DNA of 64,000 bases from Candidatus Multivoradales bacterium (GCA_965223325.1 CBDCWI010000002.1:2272001-2336000); one strand, 5' to 3'. Shown: positions 19,508 to 31,498, counted from the stretch's first letter. A program made the numbers and translations. The notes: generated by a model not told the origin, from the sequence alone.

Positions 19508-22500
19508 GTGTCTCGAGCGTTGCCGCCAGGCGCCCGGTCGGCACGGCCATGCTCTTTCTGTGCGTGGCGGTTCTCGGAATCGTTGCCTCATCGAAGCTTG
19601 CCGTCGATTTGATGCCCGAGGTCGACATGCCGAGCGTTTCGGTCACCACCAGCTACGACGGCGTTTCACCCGAAGAGATCGAGAGCCTCATCACCCGGCC
19701 GGTCGAACAGGCCTTGTCGACCATCGAAGGGCTCGACGAACTCACCTCGACCTCCTCCGAAGGGACCTCTCGCGTTCAGGCGCGCTTCGCCTGGGGCAAG
19801 GACCTCGAGGCAGCCGTCAACGACATTCGCGAAGCGCTCGACCGGGTGCGCAACGTGCTGCCCGAAGACGCCGACGCTCCGTCGATCTGGAAGTTCAACC
19901 TCTCTGACATGCCGGTGGCCTTTCTCGGCCTGTCCTCCGATGGCGACGTGCGACGAATCCGCTATCTCGCCGACGAGGTTCTCAGCCGGCGCATCGAGCG
20001 CGTCCCAGGTGTCGCCAGTGTCGATGTGCGCGGTGGGCGGGAGCGTGAAGTGCAGGTACTGCTCGACCAGAGCCGGCTCTCGGCGCTTGGCATCACGCCG
20101 CGCGAAGTCGCTTCCGCCCTCGGGCGCGAGAACCGCAACGTCTCGGCCGGCGACATGCTCGAAACCGGACGCGAGGTCTTGATCCGCACGGTCGGCGAGT
20201 ACGAGTCGGTCGAAGAGATCGGTGACGTAGTCGTTGCTACGCGAGAGAACCGCTCGATCTTCGTCCACGACGTGGGCGAGGTACGCGACGCCTTTCGCGA
20301 GATCCAGAATGAGCTGTGGATCGACGGCAAGACCGGCATGCGCATGTTCGTTCGCAAGCAGTCGGGCTCGAACACCGTCAAGGTGGTCGACGAGCTCAAG
20401 AAGGAACTGGCCTCGATCGAACGAGACTACGCCGGCCAGTTCGAGCTCAAGGTGCTCTACGACGGTTCCGAGTTCATTCGCAAGTCGGTCAGAAACGTCG
20501 AGATGGGGGCTCTCTTCGGGGCGCTCCTGGCGGTGATCGTGCTGCTCGTTTTTCTGCGCGACTTCCGTGCCACCGCAGTGATAGCAACCGCCATTCCGAT
20601 CAGCATCCTGGCGACTGTTGCCCTCATGTACTTCAACGGTTTTACCCTGAACGTCGTGTCGCTGGGTGGCATCGCCCTCGGCGTCGGCATGCTGGTCGAC
20701 TCAGCCATCGTGGTGCTCGAGAACATCTATCGCAAGCGTCGCGAGGGACTGGCTGCCCTCTCCGCCGCCATCGAAGGTAGCCGCGAGGTGGGCACGGCCA
20801 TCGTCGCCGGAACCTTGACGACGATTTCGGTCTTCATTCCGGTGGTCTTCATCCAGGGTTTCGCAGGGGTCTTCTTCAAGGAAATGGCCGTGGTAGTCAG
20901 TTTCGCTTTGGTGTGTGCCCTGATCGTCGCCATGACCCTCATCCCGGCCGCCGCCGCCCGGTGGCTCGGGGGTCGCGGCGTCGCGATGGAGAACAGCCGG
21001 TTCTTCGGCAGAATCACTGCCGCGCTGCGCCGCCTCGACCGCTGGTATGGCGAGAAGTTGGCCGTCGTTCTGCGTCAACCCGGCCGCGTTCTCGCCGCCA
21101 GCCTCCTGCTGCTCGCCCTGTCGTTTGCCCTCTTGCCGCTCATCGGTTTCGAGCTCATGCCGGAGAGCGACGAGGGCCGCTTCAGTGTCAACGTCGAGTT
21201 GCCCATTGGAACGCCGGTCGAAACGACGATCCCAGCGATGCAGGAGCTCGAGATGGCCCTCCAGGCGACCCTCGAGCCGGGTGAACTCAGCCACGTCATC
21301 ACCACCGCTGGTCCGGAAAGCTCCTGGCGCCCCGCCTCGGGCAATCAGGGATCGATGGATGTCATGCTGGTTCCGGTCACCGAGCGCGAGCGCGGCCTCG
21401 AGGAAGTTCTCGCCGACGCCCGCGAAGCGACGTCGCAGTACCCGGGCGCCAACGTTCGCATCTACCCCTCGAGCAGCAACATGATGATGCGCATGATGCG
21501 AGGTGGCGGCGAGCGCCTGACGGTCGAGATTCGCGGGCACGACCTCGAGACCGGCAGTCGCCTCGCCGAACGGGTCATGCGCGAGATGAAAGCCATTCCA
21601 GGCGTTCAGCACCCGCGCGTCGACCGCGAGGAAGGCAAGCTCGAGCGCACGCTGCATGTCGACCGTCGTCGGCTGGCCGAGCTTGGCCTCACCGGGGCCG
21701 ACGTCGCCGATACCGTCGAGACCTACGTGCTCGGCCGGGTTGCTACGCGCTACCGCATCGCCGGCGACGAGTACGACGTGCGCCTGCAGCTGCGCCATGA
21801 AGACCGCGCAATGGTCGAGCAGCTTCCGCAGCTACCGATCGTGACACCCTCGGGCCAGGTCGTTCCCCTCGGTGCATTGGCACGAACCGACGAACGCACC
21901 AGCCCCACCTCGATTGCGCGCGAGAACCAGCAACGCATTCTGCGCATCACCGCCGGCATGGGTGAGAGACCCTTCGGTGACGTCGCAGCCGATCTCGAAG
22001 CCGCCCTTCTGCGCATGGAAGTCCCCGACGGCTTCAGTGTCTCGCTCGGTGGCGAGCGCGAAGAGCAGCGCAAGGTCTTCCTCGACCTCTTGATCGGGAT
22101 CGCGTTGGCGCTGTTTCTGGTCTACACCGTGATGGCGGTGCAGTTCGAGTCGCTGCTTCAGCCGTTCATCATCATGACTGCGGTTCCGTTCAGTTTGATT
22201 GGCGTTTTCGCGACCCTGGCGCTCACTGGCACAACCCTCAATATGAACTCGTTCCTGGGTCTCATCGTGCTGGTGGGCATTGTGGTCAACAACGCCATCG
22301 TGCTGGTCGACTACATCAACGTCCTGCGGCGAGAAGAGGGCCTCGAGCTGGTCGACGCCATCACCCGCGCTGGCCGACGTCGCCTGCGCCCGATTTTGAT
22401 GACCACGCTCACCACGGCCCTCGGCCTCTTGCCGATGGCGCTTGGAATCGGCGAAGGCAGCGAGCTCCAGGCACCCCTGGCGCGGGTTGTCGTGGGGGGT

Positions 22501-22638
22501 CTTTTGACCTCGACGGCGCTGACCCTGGTCTTCGTGCCCTGCCTCTATCTGATGATCGAACGGAGGCTCGCATCGCGTCGCGCCCGCACCGAGGTCGATC
22601 TCCGGGGTTTGGCCGGTGGCCAGGTCGCGAGCTCCTGA
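19504..22638 (+). CDS. RND efflux permease (AcrB/AcrD/AcrF family)
   Basis: ARRPV start, [38 protein letters not shown]; 1044 aa; ATGA overlap with the adaptor. Confidence 0.95.
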   Translation: MSVSSVAARRPVGTAMLFLCVAVLGIVASSKLAVDLMPEVDMPSVSVTTSYDGVSPEEIESLITRPVEQALSTIEGLDELTSTSSEGTSRVQARFAWGKDLEAAVNDIREALDRVRNVLPEDADAPSIWKFNLSDMPVAFLGLSSDGDVRRIRYLADEVLSRRIERVPGVASVDVRGGREREVQVLLDQSRLSALGITPREVASALGRENRNVSAGDMLETGREVLIRTVGEYESVEEIGDVVVATRENRSIFVHDVGEVRDAFREIQNELWIDGKTGMRMFVRKQSGSNTVKVVDELKKELASIERDYAGQFELKVLYDGSEFIRKSVRNVEMGALFGALLAVIVLLVFLRDFRATAVIATAIPISILATVALMYFNGFTLNVVSLGGIALGVGMLVDSAIVVLENIYRKRREGLAALSAAIEGSREVGTAIVAGTLTTISVFIPVVFIQGFAGVFFKEMAVVVSFALVCALIVAMTLIPAAAARWLGGRGVAMENSRFFGRITAALRRLDRWYGEKLAVVLRQPGRVLAASLLLLALSFALLPLIGFELMPESDEGRFSVNVELPIGTPVETTIPAMQELEMALQATLEPGELSHVITTAGPESSWRPASGNQGSMDVMLVPVTERERGLEEVLADAREATSQYPGANVRIYPSSSNMMMRMMRGGGERLTVEIRGHDLETGSRLAERVMREMKAIPGVQHPRVDREEGKLERTLHVDRRRLAELGLTGADVADTVETYVLGRVATRYRIAGDEYDVRLQLRHEDRAMVEQLPQLPIVTPSGQVVPLGALARTDERTSPTSIARENQQRILRITAGMGERPFGDVAADLEAALLRMEVPDGFSVSLGGEREEQRKVFLDLLIGIALALFLVYTVMAVQFESLLQPFIIMTAVPFSLIGVFATLALTGTTLNMNSFLGLIVLVGIVVNNAIVLVDYINVLRREEGLELVDAITRAGRRRLRPILMTTLTTALGLLPMALGIGEGSELQAPLARVVVGGLLTSTALTLVFVPCLYLMIERRLASRRARTEVDLRGLAGGQVASS

Positions 22639-22657
22639 TCATGAAGCGGCAGAAGAC

Positions 22658-23476
22658 CTAACGACCCCTGAACACCGGCCTGCGCTTCTCGAGAAACGCC
22701 GTTCTCCCCTCACGATAGTCGTCGCTCTCGAAACAGCGAGTGATGAGCGCTTGAACCTCGTCACCGCTCGGAGCCCGCAGAACTCCCGATGCAGCACGGA
22801 TTGCGGCCTTTGCTGCGCGCACCGTGAGCGGTGCGTTATCGGCGATCTGGGATGCCAGCTCGGTCGTCGCGTCGACAAGGCCCGCCTTTGGAACGACGCG
22901 ATCGACCAGACCCATGTGCAGTGCTTTCGCTGCATCGAACGAACGGCCGCTGAAAAGGATCTCGCGCGCCGCCGAGGGGCTTACCTGGCGCAGCAGCCTC
23001 TCGACTCCATCGTAACCGTAGGCCAGACCGAGGCGCGCAGCGGGGATCGAAAAACGGGCGTCATCGGAGGCGATCCGAATGTCAGCGTGTAGCGCCGTGG
23101 CCAGACCGCCGCCGAAACAGATCCCGGCAATCATCGCCAGCACCGGCTTCTCGAAGACATCGAAGGCCGCCGTCGCAAGACCCCAACTCTGGTCAAAGTC
23201 AGCACGCGGCGCCGGCCCGTTTCGATGGTCCTCGAACTCGGAGATATCGGCACCCGAAGCAAAGGCCTCGTCCCCGGCTCCTCGCATCACGACCACGCGT
23301 ACCGCGTCGCTCTCGGCGAACGCATCGAGCACGCCGGGCAGCGCCGCCTGCATGCCGACCGAAAGGGCGTTCTTCTTCTCCGGCTGGTCGAAGATGATCC
23401 AGCCGACGCCCTCGTGAACGAGAGCCCGCAGCCGGGCGCACCCGGTCTGCAGTTCGGCTGGCGTTCTTTCGACCAT
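22658..23476 (-). CDS. Enoyl-CoA hydratase/isomerase family protein
   Basis: KKNALS, AFASGADISEF, ICFGGG, PAARLGL, SDDYREGRTAFLEKR; start placed at MVERTP. Confidence 0.9.
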   Translation of the reverse strand: MVERTPAELQTGCARLRALVHEGVGWIIFDQPEKKNALSVGMQAALPGVLDAFAESDAVRVVVMRGAGDEAFASGADISEFEDHRNGPAPRADFDQSWGLATAAFDVFEKPVLAMIAGICFGGGLATALHADIRIASDDARFSIPAARLGLAYGYDGVERLLRQVSPSAAREILFSGRSFDAAKALHMGLVDRVVPKAGLVDATTELASQIADNAPLTVRAAKAAIRAASGVLRAPSGDEVQALITRCFESDDYREGRTAFLEKRRPVFRGR

Positions 23477-23567
23477 AGATCTAGAGCCTACCGCTGGCGT
23501 TGGACCGGCCGCACCGGCCCTCCGGGTGGGCAGGGCCGCGACGGTGCCTGCGCTATTCTTGCCGCGC

Positions 23568-24134
23568 ATGGCCGAGATCACGCAGCTTCTACATGAATGG
23601 GCAGACGGCGACGCCGAGGCCTTTGACCAGGTGATCCCGCTGGTCTATGAAGAGCTCCGCAAGATCGCCCGCAGGCAGCTGCGCGGACGCGGCGGAAGCC
23701 TTGACACGACAGGGCTGGTGCACGAGCTTTACCTGAAGATCGCCGCGCAGGCACCCAACCTCAACAACAGCGAGCACCTGATGGCCCTGTCGTCTCGGGC
23801 AATGCGCCACCTCCTGGTCAGCCGGGCGCGTAAGCGCACGGCCGACAAACGCGGCGGCCAGGCCAGGCCCGTTTCCCTGGACGAGATCCACGCCACGGTG
23901 GAGGCCCAGGCTGAATGGATGGTTGACCTCGACCGAGCGCTCGAAGGACTTCGCGAGCACGACGAACGCCTGGTGCAAACCTTCGAATGCCGCTACTTCG
24001 GTGGCCTCAGTGAAGCAGAAACGGCCAAGGCTCTTGGTACCTCGCTGCGCACCAGCCAACGCGACTGGCACCGTGCACGTGCCTGGCTGCGCGCCGCACT
24101 CGCGAGCGACGAAAAAGGCGGCAAGAAGACCTAG
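23568..24134 (+). CDS. ECF-type RNA polymerase sigma factor (TIGR02999-like, kinase-associated)
   Basis: ITQLL..W..GD..A, LVYEELRKIARRQL, SLDTTGLVHELYLK, AMRHLLV..AR...A.KRGG, RYFGGLS..ETA..L, RDW..ARAWL. Confidence 0.9.
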   Translation: MAEITQLLHEWADGDAEAFDQVIPLVYEELRKIARRQLRGRGGSLDTTGLVHELYLKIAAQAPNLNNSEHLMALSSRAMRHLLVSRARKRTADKRGGQARPVSLDEIHATVEAQAEWMVDLDRALEGLREHDERLVQTFECRYFGGLSEAETAKALGTSLRTSQRDWHRARAWLRAALASDEKGGKKT

Positions 24135-24157
24135 GCGAACGTCGTCCGCCGCCAAAC

Positions 24158-27100
24158 ATGAAGAACACCATCCCCAGGCTGGCGCTCCTCGACCGATGGC
24201 TGCAGCAGGCGCTCGAGCAAGAGCCCGATGAGCGGCGCCACTGGTTGCGCGCCAACTGCCCTGACGCTGAGGTTCGGGTGCTCGCTGAACAGAGCCTCGA
24301 CCACATCGAGGAGGACGAAGGAGGGCACGCGACTTCTCGTCCCGTCGATGCTCTGGAGCCCGGCAGTGCCTTCGCCGGACCGCTATGGATCGACCTCGAG
24401 CAGGAGCTCTCGAGCGTCGAAACCATGGCTCGAGAACGACTCGGCGCCTATGAGGTCATCAGCACCGAAGGCGACGACGAACTGGGCAAGGTCCTGATCG
24501 CTCGCCATCTCGAGTCGGGCCGGCGGGTGGTGATCAAGGCTCTCTCACCACCGCTCGGCCTCGACGACGACCAGCTGACCAACCTCCAACAGGAGGTCGA
24601 GACGCTCGCCCAGCTCGATCATCCCAACCTCGCACGCGTGTACGAGATGCTCATCGCCGAAGACAACGCCTTTCTGGTCAGTGAGCTCGTGTCCGGCGAG
24701 ACACTCGCGCTTCGCCTGGAACGTCGGGGTGCGTTCGGCCACGCCGAAGCGACTATTCTTGCCCGTCAACTGGTGGCCGCTCTCGAAGCGGGCCACCATC
24801 AGGGGTTCCGCCACCAGCGGCTGTCGCCACAGGCGCTGGTCGTTTCCGCGACCGGCGAGCTCAAACTTCTCGACCTCGGCCTGGCGACGCTTCGCGAATC
24901 GTCCGAAGTCGACGGCTCGACCGCTGCTGCCGGAGCACCCACGACTGCCTATACCAGCCCGGAACGCGCCAGCGGCAAGGCGGACGACAGTCGAGCCGAT
25001 ATATGGGCCTTTGGCTGCATCCTCTATGAGCTCCTCACCGGGGTGAGCCCGTTCGAGCGCGAGACGGCCTCGGGGACACTTGCCGCCATTCTGCGCGACG
25101 AGCCAGACTGGAGCCAACTGCCGAACGGAACGCCGGCCTCCCTGGCTGCTCTCCTTGCCCGTTGCCTGCGCAAGGATCCGTCACGCCGCTTGCGCGACAT
25201 CAGTCTGGCGTCGATGGTTCTGGGCGGCGTTACCGTTCCAGATTCACCGTCGAGTGAAGACAGCGCCAGGACCACCTCACCAGCCAACAGCCACAGCGGA
25301 ACCGCCACCGCGGCACCTTCCCCTTCTGCGCGGCATCCGCGTGCGGCGTCTGCTCGAGACGAATCGGAGGGGCGAGGCGGTTGGATCGCGGCGGTACTCG
25401 CCTCCCTGGTGGCGGCACTGATGGGCTTCTTCGTGTGGATGAACCCAGCCAAGGAAGCAAGCGCCTCTCGCCCGTCAACCGAGATGCCGGCTAGTTCGTC
25501 GCTGCGGATTCTCGAGGTCAACATGCCGCCTGGCGTCGAACTTCCGCGCGACTACCCGGCGCCGCTCGACATCTCGCCAGACGGAAGGCGGATCGTCTTC
25601 GTGGGCCAGGTCGACGAGAACACGCGTGCACTCTTTCTGCGCCGCCTCGGGCACCTCGAAGCCGAGCGGCTGCCGGACACAGAAGGCGCGCTCTCGCCAG
25701 CCTTCTCACCCGACGGACAGTCGGTCGCGTTTCTCGCCGGTCGTACTCTCAGGAAGCTCAGGATCGGCGAGCGACGCGCCATCGACATCGCCAGCCCCGG
25801 CTCAGCCCTTCGCGGTCTCGACTGGCTCGAGGACGGAGGCATCGTCTTCACGCCGAGCCAGAACTCAGGACTGACGACGGTCAACGCACTGGGACGTGAC
25901 GAGCGTGCGCTCACCACTCTCGACGCGAGCCGTGACGAGCGCAGCCATCGTTGGCCGCAAACCCTCGCCGACGGCCGCCACGTGCTGTACACGGTGGACT
26001 ACGAGGGAGCCGCCTTCGACGAGGCTTCGCTGTTTGTCGTCGACATCGATACCGGCGCGACTCAGCACGTGCTGTCCAACGCCTCGCATGGGCGCATGGC
26101 AGCAAATGGCCACCTCATCTACGCCAACGGCGGGCGCCTCCTGGGCGCAACGGTCGATCCGGAAACGTTCGCGCTGCGCGGGCAACCCACGGAGGCCCTC
26201 GGTGGTGTCGCCTATGACATTCGCAACGGGGGCACTCACCTGTCCCTCTCGGACACTGGCACCCTCGTCTGGGTTCCCCAACCGCCTCGAACCAGCAATC
26301 GCGAGCCCGTCTGGCTCAGCCCCGACGGAACACGCGAGACTCTCGTCCACGAAGAGCGCCGCTACCGCATGCTGGCGCTCTCGCATTCCGGGGAACGGCT
26401 TGCGATCGGGCTCGGAGGCGCGCTCGACGCCGATCTCTGGGCGATCGATCTCGAGGGTGGAATCAACACCCAGCTGACCAGTGACCTCAACATTGCCAGC
26501 GTCACCTGGGACCATGACGATCGTCGCCTGATTGCCAGCAGTCGCCAATCCGGGGGCGCTGTCAGCGGAGAAAACCGATGGCAGATTCACGCCGTCTCGA
26601 CCGTCGAGGCCTTCGACACCGAGGCGCTCTACGCCAGCGACCGACCGATGTTCGTGAACTCCGTACTCTCGGACGGGCGCATCGTCTTCGAGCACCTTCA
26701 CCCGACGAACGGCTGGGACCTCATGGCCCTCGACCCCGAAACCAGAGCTGTCGAAGCCCTGGTGGCAACCCCATCGAACGAGGTGCGGCTCGCGGTTTCG
26801 CCTGACGGTCGTTGGGTGGCCTTCGAGTCCGACGCCTTCGAGGGCTTCTACGAGATCTACGTCCAGCCCACTGCTGGCGGCGACCGGCTTCGGGTCTCGA
26901 ACGGTGGCGCTCGCGCCCCGACGTTTCAGCGCGACGGTCGCCTCTTCTACTTCGCCACCGAAGGCGAAAACAGCGCCATCTGGCGGGTGGACTTCGATGC
27001 AGCAGCGGAGGACTTCAGGGTCTTGCGCAACGAACGGGTCGTAGGAACCCATGTCCGCGGCGAGTTCTTTCTGATCACTCCCAACTGGGGCGGCTTCGAA

Positions 27101-27214
27101 GTCGACCGTTCCGAAGACCGCTTTCTGTTGCTGCGCCAGCGCTACACCGACGACCCTGGACCGCGGCGTCTGATGGTAGCCGAAGGATGGCGGGCAGACG
27201 GCCAGGGGCGCTGA
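24158..27214 (+). CDS. Membrane Ser/Thr pseudokinase with periplasmic TolB-like beta-propellers
   Basis: Hanks fold with degenerate motifs (EGDDELG, HQRLSPQA, DLG), intact SPE and [15 protein letters not shown]; one TM; SPDG repeats. Confidence 0.85.
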   Translation: MKNTIPRLALLDRWLQQALEQEPDERRHWLRANCPDAEVRVLAEQSLDHIEEDEGGHATSRPVDALEPGSAFAGPLWIDLEQELSSVETMARERLGAYEVISTEGDDELGKVLIARHLESGRRVVIKALSPPLGLDDDQLTNLQQEVETLAQLDHPNLARVYEMLIAEDNAFLVSELVSGETLALRLERRGAFGHAEATILARQLVAALEAGHHQGFRHQRLSPQALVVSATGELKLLDLGLATLRESSEVDGSTAAAGAPTTAYTSPERASGKADDSRADIWAFGCILYELLTGVSPFERETASGTLAAILRDEPDWSQLPNGTPASLAALLARCLRKDPSRRLRDISLASMVLGGVTVPDSPSSEDSARTTSPANSHSGTATAAPSPSARHPRAASARDESEGRGGWIAAVLASLVAALMGFFVWMNPAKEASASRPSTEMPASSSLRILEVNMPPGVELPRDYPAPLDISPDGRRIVFVGQVDENTRALFLRRLGHLEAERLPDTEGALSPAFSPDGQSVAFLAGRTLRKLRIGERRAIDIASPGSALRGLDWLEDGGIVFTPSQNSGLTTVNALGRDERALTTLDASRDERSHRWPQTLADGRHVLYTVDYEGAAFDEASLFVVDIDTGATQHVLSNASHGRMAANGHLIYANGGRLLGATVDPETFALRGQPTEALGGVAYDIRNGGTHLSLSDTGTLVWVPQPPRTSNREPVWLSPDGTRETLVHEERRYRMLALSHSGERLAIGLGGALDADLWAIDLEGGINTQLTSDLNIASVTWDHDDRRLIASSRQSGGAVSGENRWQIHAVSTVEAFDTEALYASDRPMFVNSVLSDGRIVFEHLHPTNGWDLMALDPETRAVEALVATPSNEVRLAVSPDGRWVAFESDAFEGFYEIYVQPTAGGDRLRVSNGGARAPTFQRDGRLFYFATEGENSAIWRVDFDAAAEDFRVLRNERVVGTHVRGEFFLITPNWGGFEVDRSEDRFLLLRQRYTDDPGPRRLMVAEGWRADGQGR

Positions 27215-27260
27215 TCAACCGCGACCGCTCCAGCTGTACCCCACTCGAAGAACCAACGAC

Positions 27261-30200
27261 ATGTCCAGTGCAACCGATCGACTGAAAGTTCTCGACCGCT
27301 GGTTGAGCGAAGCCCTCGAGCAACCCACAGGGAGGCGCTCGAGCTGGCTGGCCGAGAACTGTCAGGACAGAGAAGTTGCAACCGAGGTCGAGCGCATGCT
27401 GGTGGAGCTGGAGTCTCCGACGCCGGGCGACTTTCTCGATCCGGCTGGCGCATTTGCAGGTCCGTTCTGGGCCGAGGTGGAGGAGGACCTGGGGGTCGCC
27501 GACGCCACCGCAAACGGCCTGGCGAGCGGCAAGCGGCTCGGCAACTATGTGATCCGTGAGGCGATCGGCGCGGGCGGAATGGGTCAGGTCTATCGAGCAC
27601 ACCATGCCGAGCTCGATCGCGAGGTGGCCATCAAGGCTCTTCCACAGGCCTTTGCTCTGGTTCCCGAACGCATCAAGCGCTTCCGCCAGGAAGCACGGGT
27701 GCTGGCGCGCTTGAACCACCCCAACATTGCAACGCTGCACGAACTCGTCACCGTTGGCGAGAACCCCTACCTGGTTCTCGAACTGGTGCCGGGTGAGACC
27801 CTGGGAGACCGCATCAAGCGCTCTGGCGCGTTGCGCACCGACGAGGTTCTGCGCATCGCGCACCAGCTCGCCAGCGCTCTCGAAGACGCTCACCTCCAAG
27901 GCATCGTGCATCGCGACCTCAAGCCGGCCAACGTCATGGTGACCCCCGAGGGTGGCCTCAAGGTGCTCGATTTCGGCCTCGCCAAACCCCTGCAGGAGAA
28001 GACGGATCACTCCACTCGTGGGCACGCGACCGAGACGGAAGCGACACAGATCACCCGTTCGGGAACCATCCTCGGAACGACCGCCTACATGAGTCCCGAG
28101 CAGGCGGCGGGCGATGCCGTCGACCACACCAGCGACATCTGGGCCTTCGGGTGCATTCTCTTCGAGATGCTGACCGGCAGGAGTCCCTTCCTGCGCCCTG
28201 AGGCAGCCGACACCCTCGGCGCCATTCTGCGTGACGAACCCAACTGGGCCGAGCTCCCAGAGGCAACCCCACTCGAACTGGTTGAGCTCATCAAGCGGTG
28301 CCTGGTGAAAGAGCCGAGCGTGCGGCTCCGCGACATCAGTCTGGCGAGCATCAAACTGGTCGACATCGGCGATGGCGGCTCCCCCGATCTCGAGCGGCTG
28401 CGCGTCGGAGGCCCGGCCGAAGCCGCGGGTCGGTTGAGAGGAAACCAGCTTGGCTGGACGGTCGCCGCGGCCGCCAGCGCCCTCGCCATCTTGCTGGCTG
28501 CGGTGAGCCTGAGTCGTACCGTCACCCCACGCAAGAGCTCGGAAGCGGCCCTGCCTGGCGATGCCAACACCGCCACCACCAGCTCTTCGGAAGCTACGGT
28601 TCTGGCGGTCAACCTGCCGGCCGAACTCGAACTCTCGCGCATCCTCGGAATGACCCTCGCCCTCTCGCCCGGCGGCGACGAGCTCGTCTTCGTCGGCTAC
28701 CAGGGCGACCGGTCATGGCTCTACCATCGTCCGCTCGACCGCCTCGATGCCCGACCCATTCCCGGTACCGAGGGTGCGATCTATCCTGCCTTGTCTCCAG
28801 GTGGTCAGTCCCTCGCCTTCTTCGCCAACGGAGTGATCCGACGCACGAGCTTTGGGGGCAACTCTCCTGCGCAAGCCGAGGCCTTCGATGTCGCACGCGT
28901 CGGCGGAGGCGTGCGCGGCCTCGACTGGCTGCACGACGGCCGAATCGTCTATGCCCCCCTGACCGGTGGCCTCAAAGCCGTCGATTCGCACACTGGCGAT
29001 GAGCAAAGTCTCACCCTTCTCTCCCAGGGGAGCACAGAACGGAGTCATCGCTGGCCGCAGGCCCTGCCCGACGGTCGTCATGTTCTGTTTACCGTCGACT
29101 ACGACGGCGCAACGTTCGACGAAGCTGCGCTTCATCTTCTCGACCTCGAGAGCGGCACCACTCGCGAACTGGTCTCCGACGCGGCCTACGGTAGAGCGGC
29201 GAGGGACGGCCGGCTGGTGTATGCCAACGGCGGCCGGCTGTACCGCGCGCAGTTCGATCTCGCGAGCGACGCGCCGTCCTCCACACCGACCCCGCTGGTC
29301 AACGGCGTCCTCTACGATCCACGCAACGGCGGCAGCCATTTCGCCGTCGGGGACACCGGAACGCTTGCGTGGGTCCCGTCACCACCACGCCGTCAAGGCC
29401 GCCAGCTCGTCTGGCTGTCGACAGATGGTGCTGTCGAAGCGTTCGACCTTCCCGCTCGCAGATACCGGCTGTTTTCTTTGTCGCAAGACGGAGAGCGCTT
29501 GGCAATCGGTATTGGCGGCGCTCTCGACACCGACTTGTGGCTGGTTGACCTCGCCAGCGGTACGGTCGAGCAGTTGACGAGCAACCTTTCGGTGGCGAGT
29601 GTCGCGTGGGGAGAAGCTGACCGGGAGTTACTGCTGACCGCCGGCGGTCGGGCCGACACGGCCGGCGACCGTACCTGGCAGCTGCTCGCGATCGACCCCA
29701 GCAGTCGCGAACAACGGACACTGATCGAGGACTTCAGTCGACCGATTCGTGTGCAGGCACACCTGGACGACGGGCGCGCGGTCATAGCGGCACTCGACCA
29801 GACGAGCGGCTGGGACCTCCTGGCGATCGACGGCGAACGATCCGAACCAGAGGCCCTCGTGTCGACGCCAGCAAACGAAACCCGCGCCGCCGTCTCGCCC
29901 GACGGCCGCTGGTTGGCCTTCGAGTCCGACGCCTTCAGCGACTACATCGAGGTCTACATACAGTCCCTGGTGAGCGGGCGCCGCACCCGCGTCTCTGGCA
30001 CCGTCGCCCGCGCACCGCGCTTCGACCGTCAGGGTCGCCTCATCTACTGGCAGCCGGCGGGGGAAGACAGTGCCTTCCGGCGGGTGACCTTCGACAGCTT
30101 GGCCGAAAACTTCACGCCAGAGGGCGACCTGGAGATCCTCCGGCCTCGAGATCCCGAATGGCGCCACCTCGTGCCGCCTTCCTGGGGGGGCTTCGAAGTC

Positions 30201-30302
30201 GACCCAACCGGGGAGCGTTTCCTGGTGCTCCGCGAGCACCGCGAAGCGCCGTCGAGCGAGCCGCTGCGGATCTTGATTGGCGAAGGGTTGCTTTCGCCCT
30301 AG
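27261..30302 (+). CDS. Membrane Hanks-type Ser/Thr protein kinase with periplasmic TolB-like beta-propellers
   Basis: [39 protein letters not shown]; TM; SPGG/SPDG repeats. Confidence 0.94.
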   Translation: MSSATDRLKVLDRWLSEALEQPTGRRSSWLAENCQDREVATEVERMLVELESPTPGDFLDPAGAFAGPFWAEVEEDLGVADATANGLASGKRLGNYVIREAIGAGGMGQVYRAHHAELDREVAIKALPQAFALVPERIKRFRQEARVLARLNHPNIATLHELVTVGENPYLVLELVPGETLGDRIKRSGALRTDEVLRIAHQLASALEDAHLQGIVHRDLKPANVMVTPEGGLKVLDFGLAKPLQEKTDHSTRGHATETEATQITRSGTILGTTAYMSPEQAAGDAVDHTSDIWAFGCILFEMLTGRSPFLRPEAADTLGAILRDEPNWAELPEATPLELVELIKRCLVKEPSVRLRDISLASIKLVDIGDGGSPDLERLRVGGPAEAAGRLRGNQLGWTVAAAASALAILLAAVSLSRTVTPRKSSEAALPGDANTATTSSSEATVLAVNLPAELELSRILGMTLALSPGGDELVFVGYQGDRSWLYHRPLDRLDARPIPGTEGAIYPALSPGGQSLAFFANGVIRRTSFGGNSPAQAEAFDVARVGGGVRGLDWLHDGRIVYAPLTGGLKAVDSHTGDEQSLTLLSQGSTERSHRWPQALPDGRHVLFTVDYDGATFDEAALHLLDLESGTTRELVSDAAYGRAARDGRLVYANGGRLYRAQFDLASDAPSSTPTPLVNGVLYDPRNGGSHFAVGDTGTLAWVPSPPRRQGRQLVWLSTDGAVEAFDLPARRYRLFSLSQDGERLAIGIGGALDTDLWLVDLASGTVEQLTSNLSVASVAWGEADRELLLTAGGRADTAGDRTWQLLAIDPSSREQRTLIEDFSRPIRVQAHLDDGRAVIAALDQTSGWDLLAIDGERSEPEALVSTPANETRAAVSPDGRWLAFESDAFSDYIEVYIQSLVSGRRTRVSGTVARAPRFDRQGRLIYWQPAGEDSAFRRVTFDSLAENFTPEGDLEILRPRDPEWRHLVPPSWGGFEVDPTGERFLVLREHREAPSSEPLRILIGEGLLSP

Positions 30303-31462
30303 CAACCGGCCCGACGGCGAACGTGCCGGGTGCCGACCTGATCGATCGCCGTGCAGCCCAGAAGCGCGAGGTCCCGTTCGACCTCCAAGCGGAGCAATTC
30401 GAGCGCTCGCTCGACCCCCGCCTGGCCTCCGGCAGCCAGCCCGTAGAGGTACGCACGGCCAACGGAACAGGCATCGGCACCGAGGGCCAGCGCCTTGAGA
30501 ACATGTGTCCCGCGGCGGATGCCACCGTCGACAATCAGCTCGAGCCCGTCGCCGGTCGCGTCTCGAACGGGCGCTATGCAATCGACAGGCGCCGGCACAC
30601 CATCAAGCTGGCGGCCGCCATGATTCGAGAGCATCACCGCGGTCGCACCTGCATCCTTGGCGCGCACGGCGTCCTCAGCAGTGAGCAGGCCCTTGACGAC
30701 GAACGGCCCGCCCCACTCTTCACGCAACCATGCCACGTCGTCCCACGTGAGCGTGCGATCGAACTGGCTGTTGACGTATTCGATCAGCGAAACCGTCGAC
30801 TTCGACAACACGTCGACTCGATGAACGACGTTGGCGAGCTGAAAGTCGGGGTTCTTGAGTAGGTGAAACGCCCAGTATGGGTGGGTGGCAAAGCTCCACA
30901 AGCTGCGCAGGCCAAAACGCGGCGGCATGATCATGCCGGTGCGTTTGTCACGCTCGCGGTTCCCCGCCAGGGCCGTGTCGACGGTGATGCAGAGCGCTTC
31001 GTAGTCGCTGGCACGACAGCGCTCGACGAACTCCCGGGTCAGCTCGCGGTCTTTGAGCACATAGACCTGGTACATCTTCGGGCTCGAAATGGCCGCTCCA
31101 ATGTCTTCGATGCGGGTCGTCCCCATCGTCGACAACGAGTAGAGGGTGCCGAAGCGTTCAGCCGCCCTGGCCACTGCCGGTTCCGCATCGTGGTGAAACA
31201 GGCGCGACATACCGGTAGGTGCCAAGAAGAACGGCAACGCTAGCTCCTGCCCCAGCACTCGGGTCGTGAGATCGACGTTCTCGATGTCGACCAGGTAGTT
31301 CGGCAACAGCTCCCAGTCATCGAACGCCGACGTGTTGCGGCGCAACGTGACTTCGTCATCGGAACCGCCGTCGATGTAGTGGAACATCGGCGCGGGCAGC
31401 CGACGCTTGGCGAGACTGCGCAGGTCGCAGACGTTGTGGCAACGCTCGAGGCGTTTCTTCAT
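30299..31462 (-). CDS. lldD: FMN-dependent alpha-hydroxy acid dehydrogenase (L-lactate dehydrogenase-like)
   Basis: FHYIDGGSDDE, APTG, GNRERD, SNHGGRQLDG, DGGIRRGTHVLKALALGA. Confidence 0.85.
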   Translation of the reverse strand: MKKRLERCHNVCDLRSLAKRRLPAPMFHYIDGGSDDEVTLRRNTSAFDDWELLPNYLVDIENVDLTTRVLGQELALPFFLAPTGMSRLFHHDAEPAVARAAERFGTLYSLSTMGTTRIEDIGAAISSPKMYQVYVLKDRELTREFVERCRASDYEALCITVDTALAGNRERDKRTGMIMPPRFGLRSLWSFATHPYWAFHLLKNPDFQLANVVHRVDVLSKSTVSLIEYVNSQFDRTLTWDDVAWLREEWGGPFVVKGLLTAEDAVRAKDAGATAVMLSNHGGRQLDGVPAPVDCIAPVRDATGDGLELIVDGGIRRGTHVLKALALGADACSVGRAYLYGLAAGGQAGVERALELLRLEVERDLALLGCTAIDQVGTRHVRRRAGC

Positions 31463-31498
31463 GGCTTCGCCGCGGCCCTGGAGGGCTTCGCTACCTAC

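Noticed and set aside
24158-27214. Calling the first kinase a pseudogene
   Set aside because: Full-length open frame with conserved C-lobe, TM and sensor domains; the losses are concentrated on catalytic motifs.
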